DNA of 64,000 nt from Candidatus Dojkabacteria bacterium (GTDB taxonomy: Bacteria > Patescibacteriota > Dojkabacteria > SC72), in NCBI GenBank assembly GCA_018056375.1, contig JAGPFQ010000001.1:103995-167994 (forward strand), written 5' to 3'. Positions 27,838-37,202 of this stretch are shown piece by piece. The first letter of the stretch is position 1, and each line of letters opens with the position of its first letter. A program made the translations under genes and the position numbers. Under the pieces are notes generated by a model. The model saw only the letters and a list, made by a program, of their open reading frames with translations, was not told the DNA's origin and did no database searches.

Positions 27838-28581
27838 CTATTTAACAATAAAGAAAGAAATTACATTCAAACCAAGATTAATACTCTCTACCAATCTTAA
27901 ATGTTTAATATCAATCTTCTCTAAATCATATCTCTTAGGGTGTTTAAGTATCAAAGCACCTTTCCATTTCTTTGTCTTTGGATTCTGTACTCCAGGTAAT
28001 AGTTCTGATGCCATGTTAATAATCTGTTCCATCTTAAATGTTTTCTTTATGTTAAAAAGTTTGTATGGTGGGTCCATGAAGATAATATCAAAGGTTTGGA
28101 TATCTTCTTTCTCTTTGTTTGTCATTCTAAAGAGATATTCCTCTACTTTTTCTTTAAGAACTTCTGATTCGATTAGGAATCCAGTATGAGCTACATTCTT
28201 CTTCAGAACTGCTTCAGCATTCTTTGATGCATCTACAAATGTTGCACTCTTTGCACCTCTGGAGAGTGCTTCTAATCCAAATGAACCAGCACCTGCATAG
28301 AGATCGAGAATGTTTTTGTTTACAATATCTTCTCTGAGAATATCGAAGACTCTAACTTTCATCCTATCCGTCATTGGTCTTGTGGCCTTAGGTACTTCAA
28401 GAATGAAGTTTCTAGCTTTACCTCCTGTGATTCTAACAGTTGTTTTTATGGTAGGTTCTTTACTCATGAGTCTTTCTTTTAGAAATGTATCTTCCATTTC
28501 TATGAAGTCTTCAGGAGTATCTAATCTCCATTTGTTTTTCTCTTTTCTTATTTTTTTAAATGAATCGTGTTTTAAACTCAT
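27838..28581 (-). CDS. rsmD: 16S rRNA (guanine966-N2)-methyltransferase RsmD-like, with ~45-aa N-terminal extension
   Basis: RITGGKARNF...TRPMTDR, DLYAGAGSFGLEALSRGA, and DPPY. Confidence 0.7.
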   Translation of the reverse strand: MSLKHDSFKKIRKEKNKWRLDTPEDFIEMEDTFLKERLMSKEPTIKTTVRITGGKARNFILEVPKATRPMTDRMKVRVFDILREDIVNKNILDLYAGAGSFGLEALSRGAKSATFVDASKNAEAVLKKNVAHTGFLIESEVLKEKVEEYLFRMTNKEKEDIQTFDIIFMDPPYKLFNIKKTFKMEQIINMASELLPGVQNPKTKKWKGALILKHPKRYDLEKIDIKHLRLVESINLGLNVISFFIVK

Positions 28582-28594
28582 GTCCCTATTATAT

Positions 28595-28805
28595 CAGGTC
28601 TGGCCTAGGTCTGCCCCCAGTTAAGAAAATTTTAATCTTAAGGATTATGCACTCCACAAAAGGTCTCCTGACCCTCGGCTTTTGTACTGTGTTTGGATCC
28701 TGAGTACAAACAGGTGGACAACCACCCCAAAAAGGCTTGGTAGAAAGCGAGATTTTGGACTTATGAAAAAGTTCTGAACGAAGGCCAGACCTAGGTCAGG
28801 CCTCT
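28595..28805. repeat. ~210-bp intergenic repeat element, copy 1, with ~22-bp imperfect terminal inverted repeats around a CCTAGG core (MITE-like or structured RNA)
   Basis: Left end is caggtctggcctaggtctgcccc and right end ggccagacctaggtcaggcctc. The left end matches the reverse complement of the right end at ~18/22 positions. A second copy lies at 37203-37410 in opposite orientation. Confidence 0.55.
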
Positions 28806-29254
28806 TCTTTGGTTATCTCATACAAAACAGTAGTTGCACAGTTAGCAACATTCAAAGATTCTTTCTTACCTCGCATAGGAACAAAAATCTTCTTGTCAGA
28901 ATCTTTTAAAATCTCTTCCCCTACTCCCATCTTTTCATGACCAAATACTAATGCTAACTTCTTGGGATACTCAATCTTTTGAAAATCCTCTGCATCTTCT
29001 GTTAGTTCTACCGAATATATTGGAATATTCTGCTCTCTAATCTCCTCTAATGCTTCTTGTGTAGTATCATAATGTTGGGAAGGAACCATATCTATTGCAC
29101 CAAGAGCCGTCTTTTCTAGCTTTGGATTATCAATATCCGCTGTCATACCACAAAGATATATCTTCTTAACACTCCCTGCTCCATCAGCAGATCTAAAAAT
29201 ACTACCAACATTAAAAACAGAACGAATATTATCAAGTACAATATGTATCTCCAT
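28796..29254 (-). CDS. SpoU-class tRNA/rRNA 2'-O-methyltransferase (TrmL-like, 152 aa)
   Basis: Length and motifs (VGSIFRSADGAG...LVFGHEKMGV...NVANCATTVLYE) are typical of TrmL/SpoU. Confidence 0.65.
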   Translation of the reverse strand: MEIHIVLDNIRSVFNVGSIFRSADGAGSVKKIYLCGMTADIDNPKLEKTALGAIDMVPSQHYDTTQEALEEIREQNIPIYSVELTEDAEDFQKIEYPKKLALVFGHEKMGVGEEILKDSDKKIFVPMRGKKESLNVANCATTVLYEITKEEA

Positions 29255-31263
29255 TATCTAAAAAGATTATCTAAAATATATTCCAAATCATTATCTTCCT
29301 TTATCAATTTCTTAGCAAATGATCTCGCTCTTTTAAGAAGATCAACATCATATATATCTGCTACTTTAAATATTGGAATACCAGATTGTCTAGTACCATA
29401 TACTTCTCCCGGACCCCTTGTTTGTAGATCATACTGTGCAACATCAAAACCAGAGGAATGTTTTGAGAAATACAGAAGTCTCTCCTCTGCAGGAGAACCT
29501 CTCTCAACAGAACTAGATGGTATTACAAAACAGTATGACTCTTTATCACTCCTACCTACCCTACCCCTTAATTGATGTAACTGTGCAAGTCCAAATCTCT
29601 CAGCATCTTCCACTACCATAATTGTTGCATCTGGGATATCAATTCCAACCTCAATCACAGTTGTTGAAACAAGTACATCTATCTTCTTCTTTCTAAAATC
29701 TTCAAGTAGCTTACTCTTCTCTTCTTCTTTTAATTTTCCATGTAGATACTTCACCTTCAAGCCTTTGAAAATTTCCTTCAGACTTTCATATTCATTCAAT
29801 ACTGATTTTCTTGTAGATTTTTCTGTTTCTTCAATGAGGGGATATATGAAGAAGGCTTGGTTTTCTCCTTTGCTCTCTAGAATTTTTTCTTTTACCCACT
29901 CAAAACATTCAAGTCTTTTTCTTACTGGTGTGTAATATGTTTTTACTTCTATTCTGCCTTTTGGTTTCTCTTTAATCTCTGATACATCTAAACCTCCAAA
30001 AAAGATTTCTGTTAAACTTCGAGGAATTGGTGTTGCTGTCATTGTGAGATAGTGAGGAGAGTATTTTCCCTTCTCCCTAAAGTACTCTCTCTGTTCTACT
30101 CCAAATCTGTGTTGTTCATCAATTATCACAAGATTTAAATCTTTAGGTAAGGCCATATCATACAGAATTGCATGTGTACCAATTATTAACTTGTTGTCTG
30201 CATCAGAGATATTCTTGTCTGAAGATATACAGAGTTCAATGTCAATATCAAAGTCTTTAAAAAGTTTGTTAAATGTTTCAAAATGTTGTTTTGCAAGTAC
30301 AGTTGTTGGAGCTAGGAGAATTGAAGAGAAACCATTCTTAATACAGTTTAGTATTGCAATTCCAGCTACAACTGTTTTACCACTACCTACATCGCCGTTT
30401 AGAAGACGAGTCATTGGTATTGAGTTGTTACAATCAGAGAGAATCTCTTCAACAGCTTTGTTTTGATCATCTGTGAGTTTGTATGGAAGTGATTTGATGA
30501 AATTGTTTAATACTTTGCTATCAAGTGGAATCTTTTTAGCCTTCTCTCTCTGTTTTTGTGCTTTTTCTCTCTCTGTTTTAATCGCAACTCTTAACATTTC
30601 ATCGAATGAGAGTCTTTGTTTAGCAATATCAACATCTTTCTGGTCTTCTGGAAAATGTATTTTTTCAATAGCTTGAGAAATGAAGGGCAACTTTAGGTTG
30701 CTTTTTTCAAAATATTTCTCTAAGGGGTCGTCTAGTATCTTCGGTATGTCATCTTGAAGGTCTGCAATCTTTCTTCTTAACATTGCAGAAGTTAGTCCTC
30801 TTGTTTCTGGATATACTCCTACAATCTTTCCTACATGTAGTTGTTTCTCTTTTTCGTATTTGAATTTTTCAAATTTAGGATTGTATATATTTTTAGTTTT
30901 TCCATTTCTACTAGTTGAATATTTAGCATCAAAGATATATATATCACCTTTTTGTAATGTTTTCTGAAGATATGATTGGTTAAAATATGTTAATCGAAGA
31001 GTATCTGTGTCATCTTTTACTTTTACAGTAGTTATCTTTTTTTTAAAGTATGTTGTTTTTACATCTTCTATCTCTGCAAGAAATGTTCCTTCTCCTCTTT
31101 CCTTGAATTCTTTGATTGAGATAATTTCAGATGTGTCTTGGTATCTAAAGGGTATATGAAAAAGAAGGTCTCTTACAGTATGTATACCTAAGTTTTCATA
31201 GAGATACAAAGATTTAGGACCAATGCCTTTTAATTCTGATATTGGTGTATCTTTTGTTAGCAT
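29254..31263 (-). CDS. recG: ATP-dependent DNA helicase RecG
   Basis: Wedge/OB N-terminal region, helicase motifs GDVGSGKT, DEQHRFG and HQLRGRVGR; 669 aa. Confidence 0.9.
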   Translation of the reverse strand: MLTKDTPISELKGIGPKSLYLYENLGIHTVRDLLFHIPFRYQDTSEIISIKEFKERGEGTFLAEIEDVKTTYFKKKITTVKVKDDTDTLRLTYFNQSYLQKTLQKGDIYIFDAKYSTSRNGKTKNIYNPKFEKFKYEKEKQLHVGKIVGVYPETRGLTSAMLRRKIADLQDDIPKILDDPLEKYFEKSNLKLPFISQAIEKIHFPEDQKDVDIAKQRLSFDEMLRVAIKTEREKAQKQREKAKKIPLDSKVLNNFIKSLPYKLTDDQNKAVEEILSDCNNSIPMTRLLNGDVGSGKTVVAGIAILNCIKNGFSSILLAPTTVLAKQHFETFNKLFKDFDIDIELCISSDKNISDADNKLIIGTHAILYDMALPKDLNLVIIDEQHRFGVEQREYFREKGKYSPHYLTMTATPIPRSLTEIFFGGLDVSEIKEKPKGRIEVKTYYTPVRKRLECFEWVKEKILESKGENQAFFIYPLIEETEKSTRKSVLNEYESLKEIFKGLKVKYLHGKLKEEEKSKLLEDFRKKKIDVLVSTTVIEVGIDIPDATIMVVEDAERFGLAQLHQLRGRVGRSDKESYCFVIPSSSVERGSPAEERLLYFSKHSSGFDVAQYDLQTRGPGEVYGTRQSGIPIFKVADIYDVDLLKRARSFAKKLIKEDNDLEYILDNLFR

Positions 31264-31264
31264 T

Positions 31265-31384
31265 TTAAAGACTTGTGAGAACCAAAATCATTGGTACTAG
31301 AATACCTGCAAGCATCACGATTATTAATATTATGTTTAATGCTGTTCTTACTTTCTTTTTTGTGTTTTTCTTTATTTTTGCCAT
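31265..31384 (-). CDS. possible small membrane protein (39 aa: MAKIKKNTKKKVRTALNIILIIVMLAGILVPMILVLTSL), stop 1 nt from recG ATG
   Basis: Own translation; too short for the track. Lys-rich N-terminus plus one TM helix, and a purine-rich stretch ~14 nt upstream of the ATG. Confidence 0.3.
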   Translation of the reverse strand: MAKIKKNTKKKVRTALNIILIIVMLAGILVPMILVLTSL

Positions 31385-31410
31385 ATTCTATTCTATCTCT
31401 TTTTTGGGAA

Positions 31411-32874
31411 TTATTTAACCCCTATTTTCAAATTCTTTCTAATTTTGTTCTTAGTAGTTGGTGAATTGGCATATTCCAATGTTGCATCTTTCTGATGTGT
31501 CTTGTTTTTATCCACCCTTATCTCTACCTCATCTCCTGTTTCTAATTCTTGCCCTAGCTTAGCAGGTTTACCATTAACCTTTGCAGATTCTGTACTATTT
31601 CCAATATCCGTATGTAACTTAAAAGCAAAATCTAAAACAGTATCACCTTGATTTAGTGGAATGATTTTACCTTTGGGTGTAAAAGGAAAGACCTCATCTT
31701 CAAAAATGTTACATTTAATTGGAAAACTCTTTGTTACTTTGGTTTCCTCTCTGCTGTGAATAATTTGGTCTTGTACACCTTTAACCCAATCGTACTTGTT
31801 AGTAGGTTTAGCAAACCTTGATTTACTAGCTTTGTATGCAATGTGAGAAGCTTTACCAAAGGTGTTTTCGTAATACATCTCTTCAGTGAGAATCTGTATC
31901 TCGATATACATATCAGAGATTTCAGGGAATTTGATTGGAAATTGTACAGCTCTGTATCCATTTGGTTTTGGATTGGATATGTAATCATCATATCTCTCTT
32001 CATTTATCTCTCCTCTATCCATTAGTTTTTCAATTGCTAAGTAACAACAGTCTTCATCGGGGGCCATAATCCTGAAAGCTATTAGATCATCTAATCTTCT
32101 AATATTTGGATCTATCCATTCCTTTTCGAATTTCTTTAATTTTTTGTAGATACTGTATTTGTTTTTAATTCTTCCTTGTATCTCTGGTTTAACTTTAGAT
32201 TCTTTTGTACATTCTTTAATAATTTTTTCAAATTTCTTTTGTAGTTTAGGGGATATATCTAGTGCATCCATTTTCTTGGTAATACTTTGATATTCAAGAG
32301 GTAGGTAATATTTGAAAGCTGTTTCTTCTAATTCAGCTCTTAGTTTTTCTAAATGAAGATATTCTGCTAGCTTGGCGTATATGTTGAGGGCTTTATCTAG
32401 CTTCCTTTTTCTATGTTCTTCTGGTACTTCATCAAAAGAAAGAATGTCATGTAGTGTGTCATATATCTTGAGATATACAGGTCTTAAATCTTTTGAGGTA
32501 TTTAGGATGTATTTAATAACTATCTGTGGGTTTGTATCTTCACTATCTGTTCCTCTCTTAATCTTTGTAATACCATCTAGTATTTTTAATACATCTTTTC
32601 CAAATTCTTGATTAATTTCTTTCCTTGTTTTTTCATCCAATACTATTTCGTGGAAGAGTGATGCGATTGCTGTGTTTAAATCTAGTCCTTCTTCTAGAAC
32701 AGATATGGCAATTTTAAGTGTATGATTAATCATTGGTTCACCGTTGTATCTGTAGGAGTCTTTGTATTTTTCTTCTGAGTAGGTTATTGCTTTTTTAAGG
32801 TCTTCAGAGAAGATCTTCGGCGCGAGAGAATATATCTTTTTTTTTAATACACCTGTTGGTGTTATTTTTTCCAT
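31411..32874 (-). CDS. rel: short bifunctional-type (p)ppGpp synthetase/hydrolase homolog (HD + RelA/SpoT synthetase + TGS; no ACT)
   Basis: HD region HTLKIA...LFHEIV (HD to HE). Synthetase motif DDLIAFRIM...DCCY...DDYISNPKPNGYRAVQF. TGS region FTPKGKIIPLNQGDTVLDFAFKLHTDIG. Confidence 0.8.
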   Translation of the reverse strand: MEKITPTGVLKKKIYSLAPKIFSEDLKKAITYSEEKYKDSYRYNGEPMINHTLKIAISVLEEGLDLNTAIASLFHEIVLDEKTRKEINQEFGKDVLKILDGITKIKRGTDSEDTNPQIVIKYILNTSKDLRPVYLKIYDTLHDILSFDEVPEEHRKRKLDKALNIYAKLAEYLHLEKLRAELEETAFKYYLPLEYQSITKKMDALDISPKLQKKFEKIIKECTKESKVKPEIQGRIKNKYSIYKKLKKFEKEWIDPNIRRLDDLIAFRIMAPDEDCCYLAIEKLMDRGEINEERYDDYISNPKPNGYRAVQFPIKFPEISDMYIEIQILTEEMYYENTFGKASHIAYKASKSRFAKPTNKYDWVKGVQDQIIHSREETKVTKSFPIKCNIFEDEVFPFTPKGKIIPLNQGDTVLDFAFKLHTDIGNSTESAKVNGKPAKLGQELETGDEVEIRVDKNKTHQKDATLEYANSPTTKNKIRKNLKIGVK

Positions 32875-32876
32875 TA

Positions 32877-34103
32877 TTAGTGAATTGTTATATTTGTTAT
32901 ATGCTTACCTACTTTGATGGTTTGAGGAGTGTTTGTAATGTTAATCTCCTCATTGTAGGTAGTTTTCTTTTCATCATTTATCTTTACTGCCCCTTGATCT
33001 ACTAATCTTCTTGCTTCACTTTTGCTTTTTGCAAAACCAATTTCTACAAGAAGATTATTTAGAGGAAGTTTGTTTTCTTTGATTTGTATTGTTGGTATTT
33101 CTCCCTCAACATCTTTCTTCTGGAATACGGATTCAAAAACTTTTTGTGCATTTTCTGCTTCTTCTTCACTCTTTATCTCTGCTGTAACTCTGTATGCTAA
33201 TTCTTTTTTAAGAATCATTGGATTCTCGCCACTTTCTAATCTCTTTTTGTATTCTTCTTGCTCAGGAAGTGTTGCTTTTGTAAGGATTTCAAAACCGATT
33301 AGTATTTTTTCATCATCAAAGGACATGATTTTTCCATAGATATTTTCTGCTGTGTCATCTAGTCTAGCCATATTTCCTTCTGATTTACCCATTTTTTCTC
33401 CATCTGCAGCTGTTAGGAGTTTTCCTGCTATTACAATTTTCTCTTTGTTTAGATGGTTAAATACCATATCTCTTCCTGCAAGCATATTGAAGAGTTGGTC
33501 ATTTCCACCTACTTCTACATCGACATCCATCATTACAGAGTCATATGCTTGCATTAATGGATAGAGGAATTCATTTAGGTATATTGGTCTGTCTTCTTTT
33601 AGTCTTTCTTGGAACATACTTCTCTTTAACATTTGCTGTACTGTGAATTCTGATGCTAGTTGAATTACTTCTGCAAAGGTTAATTTATCATGCCATTCTC
33701 CATTGTATTTAATCTCTACAGGATTTTCCTTGTTATCTATATCAATGATATGTGATGCTTGTTCTACATAGTTTTTTAGGTTATCTGCAATCTGTTCTTT
33801 GGTTAATACTTTTCTTGCAGATGCTCTTGCCTCCTTTTTATCCCCAGGGTCCCCTATTCTTGCAGTGAAGTCACCAATGAGGAAGATTACTTTGTGTCCT
33901 AGTAGTCTAAAGTCTTCAAGCTTTCTCATTCCAACAGTATGTCCAATGTGTAGTGTTGGTGCTGTTGGATCAAAGCCTTGATATATTGTTAATCTTTTAC
34001 CAGAGAGGAGCTTTTCTTTTAGTGCTTCTTTTGAAGGGAGTATTTGTTCTACTCCTTTGGTTAGTATTCTTTCTATTATTTCTAAATCTTTTTTGATTTC
34101 CAT
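32877..34103 (-). CDS. tyrS: tyrosine--tRNA ligase
   Basis: HIGH motif (TLHIGH), KMGKS motif, and a C-terminal S4-like domain. Confidence 0.9.
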   Translation of the reverse strand: MEIKKDLEIIERILTKGVEQILPSKEALKEKLLSGKRLTIYQGFDPTAPTLHIGHTVGMRKLEDFRLLGHKVIFLIGDFTARIGDPGDKKEARASARKVLTKEQIADNLKNYVEQASHIIDIDNKENPVEIKYNGEWHDKLTFAEVIQLASEFTVQQMLKRSMFQERLKEDRPIYLNEFLYPLMQAYDSVMMDVDVEVGGNDQLFNMLAGRDMVFNHLNKEKIVIAGKLLTAADGEKMGKSEGNMARLDDTAENIYGKIMSFDDEKILIGFEILTKATLPEQEEYKKRLESGENPMILKKELAYRVTAEIKSEEEAENAQKVFESVFQKKDVEGEIPTIQIKENKLPLNNLLVEIGFAKSKSEARRLVDQGAVKINDEKKTTYNEEINITNTPQTIKVGKHITNITIH

Positions 34104-34223
34104 GTTTTGATTATATATGTATTTGGTGGATTTAGCTATATCTTCTTCAGAGATTTGAAAGATAATGACTTTGTTTTTGAGTATTACTACCCTTTTAGAA
34201 TGATAAAGAGATATAATTGTGTA

Positions 34224-34982
34224 ATGAAAACTTACAAGTTAAAGTTCCTCTCTGGAACATTAGAGTTTGTAGTTAAAGAAATCAAGGAGAAATTCCCAGA
34301 GGTTGAGATTGTAAAAGAGGATAAGGAAGAACTACAGTTTGAGTCTACAGAAGAGATAGAGGTCTTTAGAAAACTATTATCTCCTACACATATCTCTGAT
34401 GGTAAGAAAGTTTTAAATCTTGCAAAGCATGAATGGAGAAAAGGATATATTCCTGCTGGTATTAATCCTTCTCTTGCATATGTTATGTGTATGATAGCTG
34501 ATTTTTCTCCTGAAAATATTCTCTATGACCCATTCTGTGGTTCTTCTGTAATACCAATTATTGCATTAAAACATTTTAATATTAAAAGAGCCATATGCTC
34601 AGATATTAGTGGTAATGCAATATCTCAGTCTAAAATTAATTTTGAAAATGCTAAGATTGAAGAAAATAGGTACAAGCTTTTTCAAAGTGATATTAAGAAT
34701 GTAACATTGAACAAAAAGAATGTAGATAGGATAGTGAGTAATTTACCATTTGGTATTCGTACAGGAAGCCATGAAGGGAATATTGGCATATATACAGACT
34801 TAGAGAGGTTAGCAGATAGATTACTTAGAACAAAAGGTAAACTTGTTTTACTAACACAAGAGAAGATTCTCCTTAGAAAGGTTTTTAACAAAGAGAAGTG
34901 GAATGTAAAAAGTATTACAACGGTAAATCAAGGTGGTCTTAAGCCTGATATATTTTTAATAGAGAGGAAAGCTACTTCTTAG
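34224..34982 (+). CDS. class I SAM-dependent N-methyltransferase (DPFCGSG ... NLPFG class; RlmL/Trm11-like RNA guanine-N2 methyltransferase candidate)
   Basis: DPFCGSSVIP (motif I) and SNLPFG (NPPY-type motif IV). ATG at 34224 follows AAGAGA; the track ORF starts at a TTG at 34107. Confidence 0.5.
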   Translation: MKTYKLKFLSGTLEFVVKEIKEKFPEVEIVKEDKEELQFESTEEIEVFRKLLSPTHISDGKKVLNLAKHEWRKGYIPAGINPSLAYVMCMIADFSPENILYDPFCGSSVIPIIALKHFNIKRAICSDISGNAISQSKINFENAKIEENRYKLFQSDIKNVTLNKKNVDRIVSNLPFGIRTGSHEGNIGIYTDLERLADRLLRTKGKLVLLTQEKILLRKVFNKEKWNVKSITTVNQGGLKPDIFLIERKATS

Positions 34983-35982
34983 CCCTCATTGCTTGATAAA
35001 CAATATCTAATGTTTCTCTTGCATTCTTTCTAGCAATATTCTCTCCTTTCTCAAGAATTTCATAGATATATGTAGGATCTTGTTTTACAGATTCTCTTCT
35101 TTTTTGGAAATTATCAAGAAATTCACAAACAACAGATGTCATGAGTTCTTTAAAATCTCCCATTACCTTCTCTCCTTCCATGTGTCTTTCTAGAATATCT
35201 TCAAGTTTGTTTAAATCTTCTTTCTTGGTTGTTACATTCTTAATTAATTCAATATGACTCTCTAATGCAGGAGTCATCTCTTTTTCAAAAGCAGTTGTAG
35301 CTTTTTTAATTTTTCTTGTAACTTCTTCTTTTGTATCTGTTAGGAATATAGCTTGGTCTGGATGAGTTTTACTCATTTTTGCACTCCCATCTAAACCTTT
35401 GATTCTAAGAGGAGTAACCTCTTGAACCATTGGTTCTGGGAATACTTCTCCATACTCTTTGTTAAATCTCTTTCCTATGGTTCTTGTCATCTCCATATGT
35501 GGAAGTTGATCTTCCCCTACTGGAACATATTTTGCTCTTTGGAGAAGAATATCTGCAGCCATTATTACTGGATAGTTGGCAAGAAGAGCATTTGCTTGTG
35601 ATACACTCTGTCCCTCTTTCATCTTTTCTTTAAGTGTTGGTACTCTTAGTAATTCAGAGACAGTTACATGTCTAAGAAGTAGATTTGTTAATTCTAATAC
35701 TTCCTCTTTGATACTAGATTGGATGAAGATTTCACACTTCTCAGGGTCTAGTCCTAGTGCTAAGTAATCAGCAACAATCTCAGGTGTGTTTTTTTCTGCA
35801 ACAGAGAGTTCATGGTCTGTGAGAGCATGTATATCTGCAACAAATACCATTGAGTTTGGATTACTCTTTTGTAAATCTAGTAAAGGTCTTACAGCACCAA
35901 TATAGTTGGCAATTGTTAAGTCCCCTGTTGGCCTTATACCTGTAAAGAGGTCTACTTTGTACAACGATTTTTTACTTTTCAT
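34972..35982 (-). CDS. trpS: tryptophan--tRNA ligase
   Basis: KMSKT motif, N-terminal TGIRPTG..IANYIG region, 336 aa. Confidence 0.9.
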   Translation of the reverse strand: MKSKKSLYKVDLFTGIRPTGDLTIANYIGAVRPLLDLQKSNPNSMVFVADIHALTDHELSVAEKNTPEIVADYLALGLDPEKCEIFIQSSIKEEVLELTNLLLRHVTVSELLRVPTLKEKMKEGQSVSQANALLANYPVIMAADILLQRAKYVPVGEDQLPHMEMTRTIGKRFNKEYGEVFPEPMVQEVTPLRIKGLDGSAKMSKTHPDQAIFLTDTKEEVTRKIKKATTAFEKEMTPALESHIELIKNVTTKKEDLNKLEDILERHMEGEKVMGDFKELMTSVVCEFLDNFQKRRESVKQDPTYIYEILEKGENIARKNARETLDIVYQAMRAKK

Positions 35983-37186
35983 CTTTTTTAATATACTTTC
36001 TATATTTTAATTTATCTGGCATACATTGTTGATCTGACTTCTTACTTGGTAAGTCATGATCATATTCATAGCCTTTACCATACCCAATATCTTTCATTAG
36101 TTTTGTAGGAGCATTTCGTATATTCATAGGTACTGGAAGGTTACCATATTTTTCAATATCTGTCTTTACCTCTCCTTCTACTCTGTATGCTGTATTGTCC
36201 TTGGGTGCATTGGAAAGATATATAGCTAACTGCATGAGGAATACTTCACACTCAGGCATACCGATCTTCTGACAAGATTCATATACTGCATTTGCTAATA
36301 TGACAGCTTGTGGATCTGCATTACCAATATCCTCACTTGCAAACCTTAACATTCTTCTTGCAATGTACAATGGGTCTTCTCCTCCTGCTAACATTCTTCC
36401 TGTCCAGTAGCATGCTGCATCTGGATTAGATGACCTCATTGATTTGTGTATGGCTGAGATAATGTTGTAGTGTTCTTCTCCTGTTTTGTCATAGTATACT
36501 GGCTTTTGTACTGTGGTTGTTAATATGTCTGTAGTTATCTCTTTCTTCTCTCCATCTGTTGCATTTGCTAGTGTAGAACTCATCTCCAATATGTTTAAAG
36601 CAGACCTAATATCTCCATTTGAGAGATTAGCCATCTGTTCTAGTACTTTCTTTGATATTTTAATATCAGGATATTCTTCCTTTGATATTCGTTTAAGTAG
36701 ATTGTATATATCTTCTTCTGTTTGTTGTTTGAATACAAATACTTTTGTTCTAGAAAGAAGTGCAGATATTACTGAAAATGATGGATTCTCTGTTGTTGCA
36801 CCAATTAGTGTAATGATACCTTTTTCTACATATGGTAGTAGTGTATCTTGTTGTGCTTTGTTCCATCTGTGTATTTCATCTAGAAAGAGGATTGTTTTTT
36901 TACCATACTGTTGATTACCAATTGCTATTTTTATAATTTTTCTAAGATGTTCTTTTCCACTATTTACAGCTTGCATTTTGTGAAAGTCATAGTAGAGATT
37001 TAAAGAAAGTATGTATGCTAAGGTTGTTTTTCCTGTACCAGGTGGTCCCCAGAATATCATGGATGGTATTTTACCCGTTTCCAAAAACTTCCTTATGGGA
37101 CCGTTCTTTCCTACTAGGTGTTCTTGTCCTACAAATTCTTCAAGGGTTTTAGGTCTGTATTTTGATGCTAGTGGTTCGTTACTCAT
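35972..37186 (-). CDS. rarA: replication-associated recombination protein A (AAA+ ATPase)
   Basis: MIFWGPPGTGKTTLA Walker A, ILFLDEIHRWNKAQQD Walker B/sensor, and a MgsA C-terminal domain. Confidence 0.85.
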   Translation of the reverse strand: MSNEPLASKYRPKTLEEFVGQEHLVGKNGPIRKFLETGKIPSMIFWGPPGTGKTTLAYILSLNLYYDFHKMQAVNSGKEHLRKIIKIAIGNQQYGKKTILFLDEIHRWNKAQQDTLLPYVEKGIITLIGATTENPSFSVISALLSRTKVFVFKQQTEEDIYNLLKRISKEEYPDIKISKKVLEQMANLSNGDIRSALNILEMSSTLANATDGEKKEITTDILTTTVQKPVYYDKTGEEHYNIISAIHKSMRSSNPDAACYWTGRMLAGGEDPLYIARRMLRFASEDIGNADPQAVILANAVYESCQKIGMPECEVFLMQLAIYLSNAPKDNTAYRVEGEVKTDIEKYGNLPVPMNIRNAPTKLMKDIGYGKGYEYDHDLPSKKSDQQCMPDKLKYRKYIKKDEK

Positions 37187-37202
37187 ACCTGATTATACTA
37201 CA

